Made by a program: the position numbers and the translations under genes
Assembly (NCBI RefSeq): GCF_030684315.1
Contig: NC_081391.1
Location: 21,474,629-21,538,628, forward strand
Direction of reading: 5' to 3'
DNA length: 64,000 bases
Source of the DNA: Stegostoma tigrinum
Taxonomy: Eukaryota
Notes under the pieces: model-generated
What the model saw: only the letters and a program-made list of their open reading frames with translations
Told to the model about the DNA's origin: nothing
Database searches by the model: none
Shown here: piece after piece, positions 50,164-64,000 of the stretch
How positions within the stretch are numbered: the first letter of the stretch is position 1
Layout of the letters: each line of letters begins with the position of its first letter

Positions 50164-53100
50164 AAGGGGTCAATATCTATATCTGTTGTACAAGGTGACC
50201 TCATTCTACTAAATGACTAGTTGTGCTCTGAGCAAATTAAAATAGTGTTCACCATGGAACTGAGTACAGTGTGTAATTTCCATAGCTTCTGGTTCTTGGA
50301 GCTTTTTGTGTTTTCATGTCTGATCATCAATCCTTTGTTCTTTGTGACATCCTTTGATTCAATGCCTGCCCCAGTAACTTGCTCAGTGTTTGATTTTCTG
50401 CTGTGTCTGGGGATTGAGTGGGCAATCCTTTTATTGGAAATTCCATAACTGGTAAGGTTGTTGACAGATAAATCAGCATTACTGACATGTACTCACAGGG
50501 ACAAGTTTGCAGGACCAGCTTCTAATCAATACACTGACTGAAATCAGTCCTTTGCCTCAAGGGTAGGCACTGATCCAATGTACTGCCCTTGGCCATGTGT
50601 TTGGGTCTCTTTAAATAAGCAGATTATGGAAACCAGGAACACAACCTGCTGGGAAATCTCAGGTTTGGCAGCATTGGGAGGGAGAAGGGTTGAACAGAAC
50701 CTGGCCGTGAGACACGTGATCATCTCTTGTTTGATTTTGTTGCCTGACAGTGAGGTGTTTTCCAGCAATTTGTTCTAATGCCTAGGTGTTACTCATTTTT
50801 GTAGATCCTAAAATTCCTCCTCCCAAAGAGTAAGATACAATGCTGTTCGACAGTTTTTTTTCTTTTGACCTAAGCAATTGGTTATTGCACTCTTCCCTGA
50901 GCTAGGGAATTAGTTTCTTCAGTATCTCCTTTTATACATGGAAGAGAAAGGAAACATCTACCTTGTCTTACAATGCAAAAGATGAGGAACTGCTTTGGGA
51001 ATGAAGCAGTGCCCACCTTGTTCCCTGTGTGATAATTTCTATTATTACCCTGCAACAAAGAGGTGACAAATACAGAGGATGCCTGGTCCAAACTCAAGCA
51101 AAAATGCAAAGAGCAAATGCAGAAATCAGCAGTTTCAATTTTCAAGCAGATCAGATCTCCTGCTGTCGACTGGCTGATCTGTGACTCCACACAGTGCACG
51201 CTGGGGGCCTAATCACTATCAATCAGCCCTGAATTACAGTGTTACTGGTTTGTGTAAGGGCTTTTAACAGGATCAGGCTATCACTGACAGGCAGCATTTA
51301 TTATCCATCCCTGATTACCCACCCAGCCCATGAGTAATTCAAATTAAACCCCTTTGCTGTGGCCGTAGGGTTACACATAAGCCAGAGCAGGTAAGGATGG
51401 CAGTTTCTTACAAACAAGGACAGTAGTGAACCAGAAGAGGCTTGTTTGGACCATCACTTCTGGCATGAGAATGATGTGCAGGAAATTCAGTGATGTCAGA
51501 CAGAATCAGGATAACAGGCAGCAGTCTAACACTCCAGAATGTTGACAGCCTCCAGCAAACGAGCAGCCACTTTAGTCAATCCTTCCACCACTGACATACG
51601 CAGAGGCTGCACTATATACCATCTACCAAATGCTGTAGGAATCCACCAAAGCTCCTCAGCCAACTTCTTAAAACCATAACTACTTTCCATCAGACAAGGG
51701 CCGCGGATATGTGGGAACACCATGCCTCGCCACGTGCTACACTAAGCCACCGCTCATCTGGCGTTGGAAACAAAGCCCCACATTCCCTCCTTAACAGCAG
51801 TATGGATTTGCCTACACCAAATGGACAACAGTAATGCAAGAAGGCAAGTCACCACATTCTCGAAACTAATGTTAGCCCTGATCTCTGAGGGGTTCAAATA
51901 ACAAATGGAGAGGTTTTGGTGAAATTGTCAAGTTCCTGTTCAACCACAGCCGGAGTGCACGGTTCTGCCAGGTATGACCCCAAAAATGGTTATGCACAGA
52001 ATTTCTGGAAGTAACCTGGACAGAGAGATGGTTAATTCATCATAATGGCTTGTCCAGTCCCTCTGTGTAGAAGGTTAAGGGATGGCTGTAACTGATATTG
52101 TTCAGAGGACTAACGGATTTGACAGGGTAGAGAGGAAAGAACCCATTTCTTCTCAATGATCATCTCGGACTGTGCGTAGAATGGGATGACAATCTTCACG
52201 TGAGAACTACATCATCCAGGATCATGTCAAAAACAGTTACTTTGTGGAAAGGACAATATCTGCGCGCACAGATATTTACTGCACAAGGTTTGATGTTGCC
52301 AATCACTTTCCAATTTCAAGACATAAAAATAAAGTGAGTAATGCATTTTCGTCGAAGAAACACAGAAAGACAAAACAGGCTCGATGTTACAAATCTGATG
52401 TGAGTACAGGAGCTCACAGACTTTCGGTTTCAAGTATGTGATTATCTGAAAGTGCTCAGGCAGGATGAAGCTGTTATTAATGGAGATTGAGCCACTTAAG
52501 AAGATTTATTAGAATGACCCCAGGAATGAGGAATTTTAGATACACGGAAAGATGAAGGAAAATGGGGTAAATCTCCTGGCAGGTGACCTTATTGAGAGGC
52601 GACCTTGTTGACGTGATCAAAACTATGAACAATTTTGATAGAGTAAACACGATATTCTGATTTCAGCAGTTGACTTGTCAGTGACGAGGGGTCATAGTTT
52701 GTCAGTAGGGGAGATCAGAGTGAAATGGGAAGAAACTTGTTTGCTCAGAAAGTTGTTCGGATTTGGAATATGCTGCCTGGGAGAGTGACGGAGGTCGATT
52801 CCACGGGTGGTTTCAAAACAAGAGTTGGATATGTCCTTGGAAGTGACGAATTTAGAGAGTGACAGCAATAGGGCTGGAAAGTGGGACTAATCAGGTAGCT
52901 CGTTCAGAAGCTATTACAGGACGGTGGGCTGAATGGCCTCCTGTTGTGAAAAACACTCTGAATTTCCACCCAGGAAATTCTGAGAGTTTGGGGACAGGGT
53001 TTGAATTCCACCTGTACAAGGCACCTTTAATGTGGGAAAGCTGTTACACATCAGCAGAGACATGGTCCTTTACACAAGGTAGACCCAATTCCACTGGCAA

Positions 53101-54310
53101 AGAAATGTTGACTGGGGATCCCCCCACTGCTGACCTTCACCCACTGTCACAGCCAACGATAGCACACGCCTATCTTCCACCTGGATGGCCGTTGGGAACT
53201 TGTTTTGCATTGCACTTTACCAGGACCCTCCCCTCGATCGTACCGTCCTGGGTGGCCCTGCCAGGAGGTGAAATCCTCTTCAGGTATCACTCTGAGAACC
53301 AACAGAACACTCGAGGCTCTCCATCACTGTGTGGTGACAATCCACAGGAAGGAGCTGGAGGCAGGGAGATGCTGCTCAGGTACAGACCCATCACAGAATC
53401 GGAGAATTGTTGTGGCACAGCAGGAGGCCATTCGGTCCTTTGTGCCTGAACCTGTTCTGGTTGTTTTCTAATTCTGCCTGTAGAGATGTTACAAAATCTC
53501 TGGATCTGGTATGGACTTGGACCAAGGCTTCCTGGTCCACAGCTAGGGACATTACCCCTGCATCACAATACCCTGGCTGCACTGGTTGTACAAACTTAGA
53601 ATCATCGAAAAAAAATTGTTGGATTCGGCCATTCAGCCCCCTCCAGACTGCTCTGCCATTCCATGTGATTGTGGCTGATCCCCTAACTCAGTCCCATCTT
53701 CCCACTCTCTCTCCATACTCTTTGATCCCTGCAGCCCTCAAAGCTACACCCAACTGCTCCTGGAAAACATTCAAAGTTTTGGCCTCAAATGTTTTCTGTG
53801 GCAGAGAATTCCACAGGCCCCCCACTCTGTCGGTGAAGAGATTTCTCCTCATCTCAGTCCTAAATGTGTCCTTAGGCTGTGACCCCTGGTCCTAAACTTT
53901 TCCATCATCAGGAACATCCTTCCTGTCTTTTCCACAGCTGACACTGTTACAATTTTCGATGACCCCGAGCCAATTTCCCACCTTTCTTTCCCAAATCCCA
54001 GCACAACAGGCTGAGAAACTGACACTCCCCTTCCTCAATGAGTCCCTTGTGCAGTTGATCACAACCACCATAATTTAAAAACAAAACGAGCAATCTTTTC
54101 TCAAACCATATTTACTTCTTTTAAAAAAGAACCAAATGACCTCTGACCTGATTGAGTGGTGCAGAAGGTTTGAGATGCCGAATGGCCTCCTGCTGTTCCA
54201 ATCACAGAATAACCATCCAGACCTGGCTCTCATCTCCACCTCTGATCAGCTCTGCTTAACACACCCTCCCCCTCTCTCTCATTGGTGCCTGTATGCAGGG
54301 GTGGTTCCTG

Positions 54311-54388
54311 ATTGGCCAGCAGCAACTGTCAGTCATCATCAGTTCGGTCTCCCTCTGGGTGAGTGCCGGTTGTCTCAGGAGTAGAAAC
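54311..54388 (+). promoter_or_regulatory. Core promoter of copy I (TATA degenerate)
   Basis: ATTGG 54311, CTGTCAGTCA 54326-54335, GTAGAAAC 54381. Confidence 0.6.
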
Positions 54389-54457
54389 ACAACAGCTTTG
54401 GGGATTGAGGCCTTTGTTCCAGAGTTGTCCTTGTGATTGTGAGCAGGAATAGTGAAG

Positions 54458-56852
54458 ATGGCTTCCCAAGTGTGTCAGAACTACCACAAGGACTGTGAGG
54501 ATGCTGTTAACAAGCAGATCAACCTGGAGCTCTGTTCCTCCTATGTTTACCTCTCCATGGTGAGCTTTGTGGAATTGAAGCCTGTGTGATAACAGTGTTG
54601 ACCTGTTTGGGGTTTTTATGCTGGGTTAATGACTTAGCCGTAGCATGTATTGTTTTCTGTGGCCCTTCCCCTGATGCAATCTCGTGCAAGTCCTAACACT
54701 GACTCTCTGTTCAGGTTTTGAACACTGTCTTAATATACAACTGGCTCCTGGGTGTGGATCCCCAGTTGTCCATCTCGGGACAGTGTAGCCTTTGGTGATT
54801 GTTTTCGTTGAACTCTGGAGGGTTGAGCTGGTTTTGCTGATAAATTTAACTTGGTTATATCCCTTTTCTTCAGAAAACCTTCCCTGGTAGGACACAAATG
54901 TATCCTTTTGTTTGAACCTTGCCCCATTTGCCAGACTGGCTTATGTTCAAGATCTAAAGTTCCCTTAACTAAAGACAGCAACTGCTGGAAATCAAACAGC
55001 AACAAGAATAGCTAGAAAAGTTCTACAGATCTGCAAGGAATGGTGGAAGAAATCCGGTCAAATTTTGGGTCCACTGACCCTTGCTCAGTGTGTTTTGTGA
55101 GCTATGAAAAGTGGCACACACTTGAAATATTAACTCGTGTACAACAAAGCAGTTAGAATTCTGTGTGGAGTGGGTGGTAGGACACTAGGGTTATTCAGGT
55201 GGGTGATGGTGATAATGAGGCTGCTGACTGAGATTTCTGGCTGTGTTAATGACTGACTGCATTATTCATAGCATTTCATTCAGTTGGACAGGGGTCTAAC
55301 TAGTCTCCACCTTGCGAACAATAGTGTTTTATCACCTGCAGAACAGGGATATCTAATGGCTATAGACAGCTGTCTCCTTCATTGTGCACCATGCCACACT
55401 CTATCGCACCATTTTAGCAAAACACAGGTGAGGGATTGCATTTGGTTTTTGTCCTCTATTTCCAGAAGTCTGGCTAAGTATCTGTTACATGGGTTATAAT
55501 CCATGGAAGGTGACTTCCTGGCTCTCTCTAGTTTTGCCCACTTAAATGTGGAGTCAAGATGGTAACTGGGTTAGTATCTGAGAAGAGGCATTGATGTATT
55601 TCAGTCATTTCCCTTTATTGCCTCTTTCCACCGACAGGTCTCTTACTTTGACCGGGATGATGTTGCCCTGCATCACTTTGCTGAGTTCTTCAAGGAGCAG
55701 TCCCATGAGGAGCGGGAACACGCTGAGAAACTGATGGCTTTCCAGAATAAACGTGGAGGCCGAATCCTCCTGCAGGACATCAAGGTTGGATTCCAAAGCT
55801 TTCTTTTGCAGCTTTTTGTGAAATACCACTCAATTGTGGCTAGCTCAATCTGTTTAGCTTCAGGACTGAGCAAATACTGTATGAATGGGGGGGGGTTGCT
55901 CACCACAATACGATTCCCTTCACTAAAAGGAAACACTTTTGCACGTGATTGAACAATAGTTGGCAATTGTGATAATCCAGTATTCTGGATGGTGAGCAAA
56001 TATCGGTGTCTACCGCTGCTTTGGACAAGATGAGGTGTCAAAAGGGAAAACAGAAATCTTTCAGGTGTGGAAAGCATCAGTATGAAGCCTTAATACATCT
56101 AGAAGATGTTTCTGATGCCTTGTGATTACTCTGATCACAGCATAGCAGGATCTGTTTAGAAATGTCCCCTTCAAGAACAGTACCAAATACAGCAAGTGTT
56201 TCACCAAGGTCAAGTCGGCCTGTAGTACTTCCCCTACAATGATGAGGGATAATTAACTGATCAGATGTAGACTAATGATACAACTGCCTGCTGAGCTGTG
56301 CTTTCTGTTCCTGCTTCCCTCCCTCCAGAAGCCAGAGCAGGATGAGTGGGGCAATGGTCTGGAGGCAATGCAGAGAGCTCTGCAGATGGAGAAGGATGTG
56401 AACCAGAGTCTGCTGGATCTGCACAAACTGGCCTCTGGCCACACGGACCCTCATGTGAGTGTGGTGTATTTAAATCAGGGATTTTGAATTAAAAACAGGG
56501 ATCAGACACTTGGTCCTTTTCGTTAGCCACAAGATCTCCTTTGACATTGTGGAGGGTTTTCTTGGGTTATACCAAGATCCTCCTGTTTCTAAAACTGAGC
56601 ACTTTCTTGAGTGTATTTGGCAATCTCCATGACATCACTTCACTGTTCGGTCTCCCAAGCTGTATTTTGTTGGATTTAACCAGTTCCCCTCTTTGCTTTC
56701 TCCAGCTGTGTGACTTCCTGGAGAGGCACTACTTGGATGAGCAAGTGAAGATGATCAAGAAGCTGGGAGATCACATCACCAACCTGAAGAGACTGGGAGC
56801 CACTGCCAATGGCATGGGAGAGTACCTGTTTGACAGGCTCACACTCAGCTGA
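54458..56852 (+). CDS. Ferritin subunit, copy I; exons 54458-54559, 55638-55784, 56329-56454, 56706-56852
   Basis: Open 173-aa spliced frame; near-duplicate of copy C including the TATA-less promoter and the LELCSSY variant. Confidence 0.9.
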
Positions 56853-59501
56853 AGGGGGTCAATATCTATATCTGTTGTACATGGTGACCTCATTCTACTA
56901 AATGACTAGTTGTGCTCTGAGCAAATTAAAATAGTGTTCACCATGGAATTGAGTACAGTGTGTAATTTCCATAGCTTCTGGTTCTTGGAGGTTTTTGTGC
57001 TGTCATGTCTGATCATCAATCCTTTGTTCTTTGTGACATCCTTTGATTCAATGCCTGCCCCAGTAACTTTCTCACTGTTTGATTCGACTGTGTCTGGGGA
57101 TTGAGTGGGCAATCCTTTTATTGGAAATTCCATAACTGGTAAGGTTGTTGACAGATAAGTCAGCATTACTGACATCTACTCGCAGGGACAAGTTTGCAGG
57201 ACCAGCTTCCAATCAATGCACTGACTGAAATCAGTCCTTTGCCTAAAGGGTAGGCACTGATCTAATGCACTGCCCTTGGCCATGTGTTTGGGTCTCTTTT
57301 TAAATAAGCAGATTCTGGAAACCAGGATCAAAACCTGCTGGGAAATCTCAGGTTTGGCAGCATTGGGAGGGAGAAGGGTTGAACAGAACCTGGCCATGAG
57401 ACACATGATCATCTCTTGTTTGATTTTGTTGCCTGACAGTGAGGTGTTTTCCAGCAATTTGTTCTAATGCCTTGGTGTTACTCATTTTCGTAAATCGTAA
57501 AATTCCTCCTCCAAAGAGTAAGATGGAATGCTTTTCTGCAGTTTTTTTCTTTGACAGAAGCAATTGCTTATTGCACTCTTCCCTGAGCTAGGGAATTAGT
57601 TTCTTCAGTATCTCCTTCTTACATGTAAGAGAAAGGAAACATCTACCTTGTCTTACAATGCTAAAGGTGAGGAACTGTGTTGGGAATGAAGCAGTGCCCC
57701 CCCCTTGTTGCCTGTGTGATAATTTCTATTACCCTGCAACGAAGAGGTGACAAATACTGAGGATGCTTGGTGCAAAATCAAGCTAAAATGCAAAGAGCAT
57801 GTGCTGAAATCAGCAGTTTCAATTTTCAGGCAGATCAGATCGTTGCTGTCGACTGGCTGATCTGTGACTCCACACAGTGCACTGTGGGGGCCTAATCACT
57901 ATCAATCAGTCCTGAATTACAATGTGACTGCTTTGTGTAAGTGCTTTTAACAGGATCAGGATATCACTGATGGGCAGCATTTATTATCCAGCTCTGATTA
58001 CCCACCCAGCCCATGAGTCATTCAAATTAAACCCCTTTGCTGTGGCTGTGGGGTTACACATAAGCCAGAGCAGGTAAGGATGGCAGTTTCTTACAAACAA
58101 GGACATTAGTGAACTAGAAGAGGCTTGTTTGCACCATCACTTCTGGAATGAGAATGATGTGCAGGAAATTCAGTGATGTCAGACAGAATCAGGAAAACAG
58201 GTAGCAGTCTAACACTCCAGAATGTTGACAGCCTCCAGCAAACGAGCAGCCACTTTAGTCAATCCTTCCACCACTGACATACGCAGAGACTGCAATATAT
58301 ACCATCTACCAAACGCTGTAGGAATCCACCACAGCTCCTCAGACAACTTCTGAAAACCGTAACTACTGTCCATCGGACAAGGGCTGCTGATATGTGGGAA
58401 CACCACGCCTCTCCACGTTCTGCACTAAGCTACCGATCATCTGGCATGGGGAACATAGTCCCACATTCCCTCCCTAACAGCAGTCTGGATTTGCCTACAC
58501 CAAATAGGCAACAGTAATGCAGGAAGGCAGGTCTCCACATTCTCTAAACTAATGTTAAGCCCTGATCTGAGGGGTTCAAATACCTCTGGATGGAGAGGTT
58601 TTGGTGAAATTGTCAAGTTCCTGTTCAACCACAGCCGGAGTGCACAGTTCTGACAGGTTCGACCCCAAAAATTGTTATGCACAGAATTTCTGGAAGTAAC
58701 CTGGACAGAGAGATGGTTAATTCATGATAATGGCTTGTCCAGTCCCTCTGTGTAGAAGGTTAAGGGATGGCTGGAATTGATATTTTTCAGAGGATTAATG
58801 GATTTGACAGGGTAGAGTGCAAAGAACCCATCTCTTCTCGATGATCATCTCGGACTGTGCGTAGAATGGGATGACAATCTTCACATTAGAACTACATCAT
58901 CCAGGGTAATGTCAAAAACAGTTTCTTTGTGGAAAGGACAATATCTGCACGCACAGATATTTACTGCACAAGGTTTGATGTTGCCAATCACTTTCCAATT
59001 TCAACACAGGAAAAAAAGTGAGTAATGCATTTTCGTAGAAGAAACACAGAGACAAAACAGGCTCGATGTTACAAATCTGATGTGAGTACAGGAGCTCACA
59101 GACTTTCGGTTTCAAGTATGTGATTATCTGAAAGTGGTCAGGCAGGATGAAGCTGTTATTAATGGAGATTGAGCCACTTTTGTGAACCTTGTGTTTTCAA
59201 ATTGAGGCATCGAGTATAAAAGCAACGATTTGATGTTACACCTCAACAAATCATTGGTAAGACCACATTTCCATTATGTACTCAGTTCTGGGCGTGGCAT
59301 TCAAGGAAGGACATGAAAAACCTCAAAAGAGTTCAAAGGAGATTTATTAGAATGACCCCAGGAATGAGGAATGTTAGATACATGGAAAGATTAAGGGAAA
59401 TGGGGGAAATCTCCTTGTAGGTGACCGTATTGAGAGGTGACCTTATTGACGTGATCAAAACTATGAACAATTTTGAAAGAGTAAACAGGATATTCTGATT
59501 T

Positions 59502-59601
59502 CACTTTCCAGCCTTATCTCTGTCACTCTTGAAATTCGTCACTTCCAAGGACATATCCAACACAAGGTTCACAAAAGTGGCTCAATCTCCATTAATAACA
59601 G
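59502..59601 (-). repeat. Locally templated inverted insertion (two segments)
   Basis: Reverse complement of 59756-59815 joined to the reverse complement of 59153-59194. Confidence 0.9.
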
Positions 59602-61224
59602 TTGACTTGTCAGTGACGAGGGGTCACAGTTTGTCAGTCGGGGAGATCAGAGTGAAATGGGAAGAAACCTCTTTGCTCAGAAAGTTGTTCGGATTTGGAA
59701 TGTGCTGCCTGGGAGAGTGACGGAGGTCGATTCCATGGGTGGTTTCAAAACAAGAGTTGGATATGTCCTTGGAAGTGACGAATTTCAAGAGTGACAGAGA
59801 TAGGGCTGGAAAGTGCGACTAATCAGGTAGCTCTTTCAGAAGCTATTGCAGGAACGGTGGGCTGAACGGCATCCTGTTGTGAAAAACACTCTGAATTTCC
59901 ACCCAGGAAATTCTGAGAGTTTGGGGACGGGGTTCGAATTCCACCTGTACAAGGCACCTGTCATGTGGGAAAGCTGTTACACATCAGCAGAGACATGGTC
60001 CTTTACACAAGGTAGACCCAGTTTCACTGGCAAAGAAATGTTGACTGGGGACCCCCCCACTGCTGGCCAACACCCACTGTCACAGCCAGCGATAGCACAC
60101 GCCTATCTTCCACCTGGCTGGCTGCTGGGGACTGGTTTTGCATTGCACTTTATCAGGACCCTCCCCTCGATTGTACCGTCCTGGGTGGCACTGCCAGGAG
60201 GTGAAATCCTCTTCAGGTATCCCTCTGAGAACCAACAGAACACTCGAGGTTCTCTATCACTGCGAGGTGACAATCCACAGGCAGGAGATGGAGGCAGGGA
60301 GATTCTGCTCAGGTACAGACCCACCACCAAATCGGAGAATTGTTATGGCACAGCAGGAGGCCATTCGGTCCTTTGTGCCTGTACCTGTTCTGGTTGTTTT
60401 CTAAATCTGCCTGTAGAGATGATTTAAGATCTCTGGATCTGGTAGGAACTTGTACCAAGGCCTCCTGCTCTACAGCTAGGGACATTACCCCGAAACCACA
60501 AGACCCTGGCTGCGCTGGTTGCACAAACATAGAATCATAGAAAATAAATGTTGAGTCGGCCATTCATCCCTTCCAGCCTGCTCTGCCATTCCATGTGATT
60601 GTGGCTGATTCCAGAACTCAGCACCATATTTGCACCGTCTCTGCATTTCCTTTTGATCCAGCCCTCAAAGCTCTCCCCAATTCCTGTTTTGGCTTCAATC
60701 CTTTTCTGTGGCAGAGAATTCCACAGGTTCCACCACCCCGCCCCCCGAGGTGAAGAGATTTCTCCTCACCTCAGTCCTAAACGTATCCTTAGGCTGCAAA
60801 CCCTGTTGCTGGCCTCCCCCATAATCAGGAACATCCTTCCTGTCTTTTCCACAGCTGACACTGTTACAATTTTCTATGACCCAGAGACAATTTCCCACCC
60901 TTCTTTCCCAAATCCCAGCACAACAAGCTGAGAAACTGATGCCCCTCTTCCTCATTGAATCCCTCGTGCAGTTGCTCACAACCACCTTAATTAAAAAAAA
61001 TGTGAAAACTGTTCTCAAACCAAATTAACATCTTTTAAAAAAGAACCAAATGACCTATGACCTCATTGAGTGGTGCAGAAGGTTTGAGATGCTGAATGGC
61101 CTCCTGCTGTTCCAATCACAGAATAACCATCCAGACCTGGCTCTCATCTCCACCTCTGAGCAGCTCTGCTTAACACACCCTCCCCCTCTCTCTAATTGGT
61201 GCCTGTATGCAGGGGTGGCTCCTG

Positions 61225-61302
61225 ATTGGCCAGCAGCAACTGTCAGTCATCATCAGTTCTGCCTCTCTCTGTGTGACTGCAGGATGGTCCCAGGACTATA
61301 AA
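61225..61302 (+). promoter_or_regulatory. Core promoter of copy J
   Basis: ATTGG 61225, CTGTCAGTCA 61240-61249, TATAAA 61297. Confidence 0.7.
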
Positions 61303-61373
61303 TACAAGAGCCTGTGGGAGAGAGAGACTTAGTTCTAGAGTTTTCTTGGTGCTTGTGAGCAGGAGTAGTGAAG

Positions 61374-63732
<2,359 letters not shown>

Positions 63733-64000
63733 GTGGGGTCAATAATATCTGTTGTACATGGTGACCTCATTCTCGAGAATGGTTTTGGTTGTGCTCTGAG
63801 CAAATTAAAATAGTGTTCACCATGGAACTGAGTACTGTGTCACTTCATATTTGCTTCTGGTTGCTGTTTTAACACCCGATCACAAAATGGATTTTGTTCT
63901 TTGACAACCTTTTGATTCACTGCCTGTCCCAGTAATTTGCTCGCTGTTTGCTTCTGAGTGTTTGTAGGGATTGAGTGGGCAATCTTGTCCTTGGAAATGC

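Overview
Eukaryotic genomic DNA, very probably from a shark or other cartilaginous fish (judged from its CR1/HE1-type and Penelope repeats). The whole window is a head-to-tail, + strand array of ten 4-exon ferritin genes (A-J), each coding for a 173-aa chain. Eight are intact: A 3829-6262, C 14496-16890, E 25871-28821, F 33270-35657, G 41318-43586, H 47196-50163, I 54458-56852, J 61374-63732. Two are pseudogenes: B 10056-11269 and D 19834-22224. An orphan 3' flank at 18515 marks an eleventh, deleted copy. The chains keep the H-type ferroxidase residues but have M/L-like features. No copy has an iron-responsive element (IRE), and every retained promoter has a fixed-spacing CCAAT + TGACTGACAG composite. 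Exons are nearly identical, while introns and flanks occur as a few very different types shuffled between copies. Spacers are built from old LINE/SINE remnants, with two young CR1 insertions, one Penelope GIY-YIG element carrying a minimal hammerhead motif, and several deletion or template-switch scars. Repeat family names are from memory, not from a database search.
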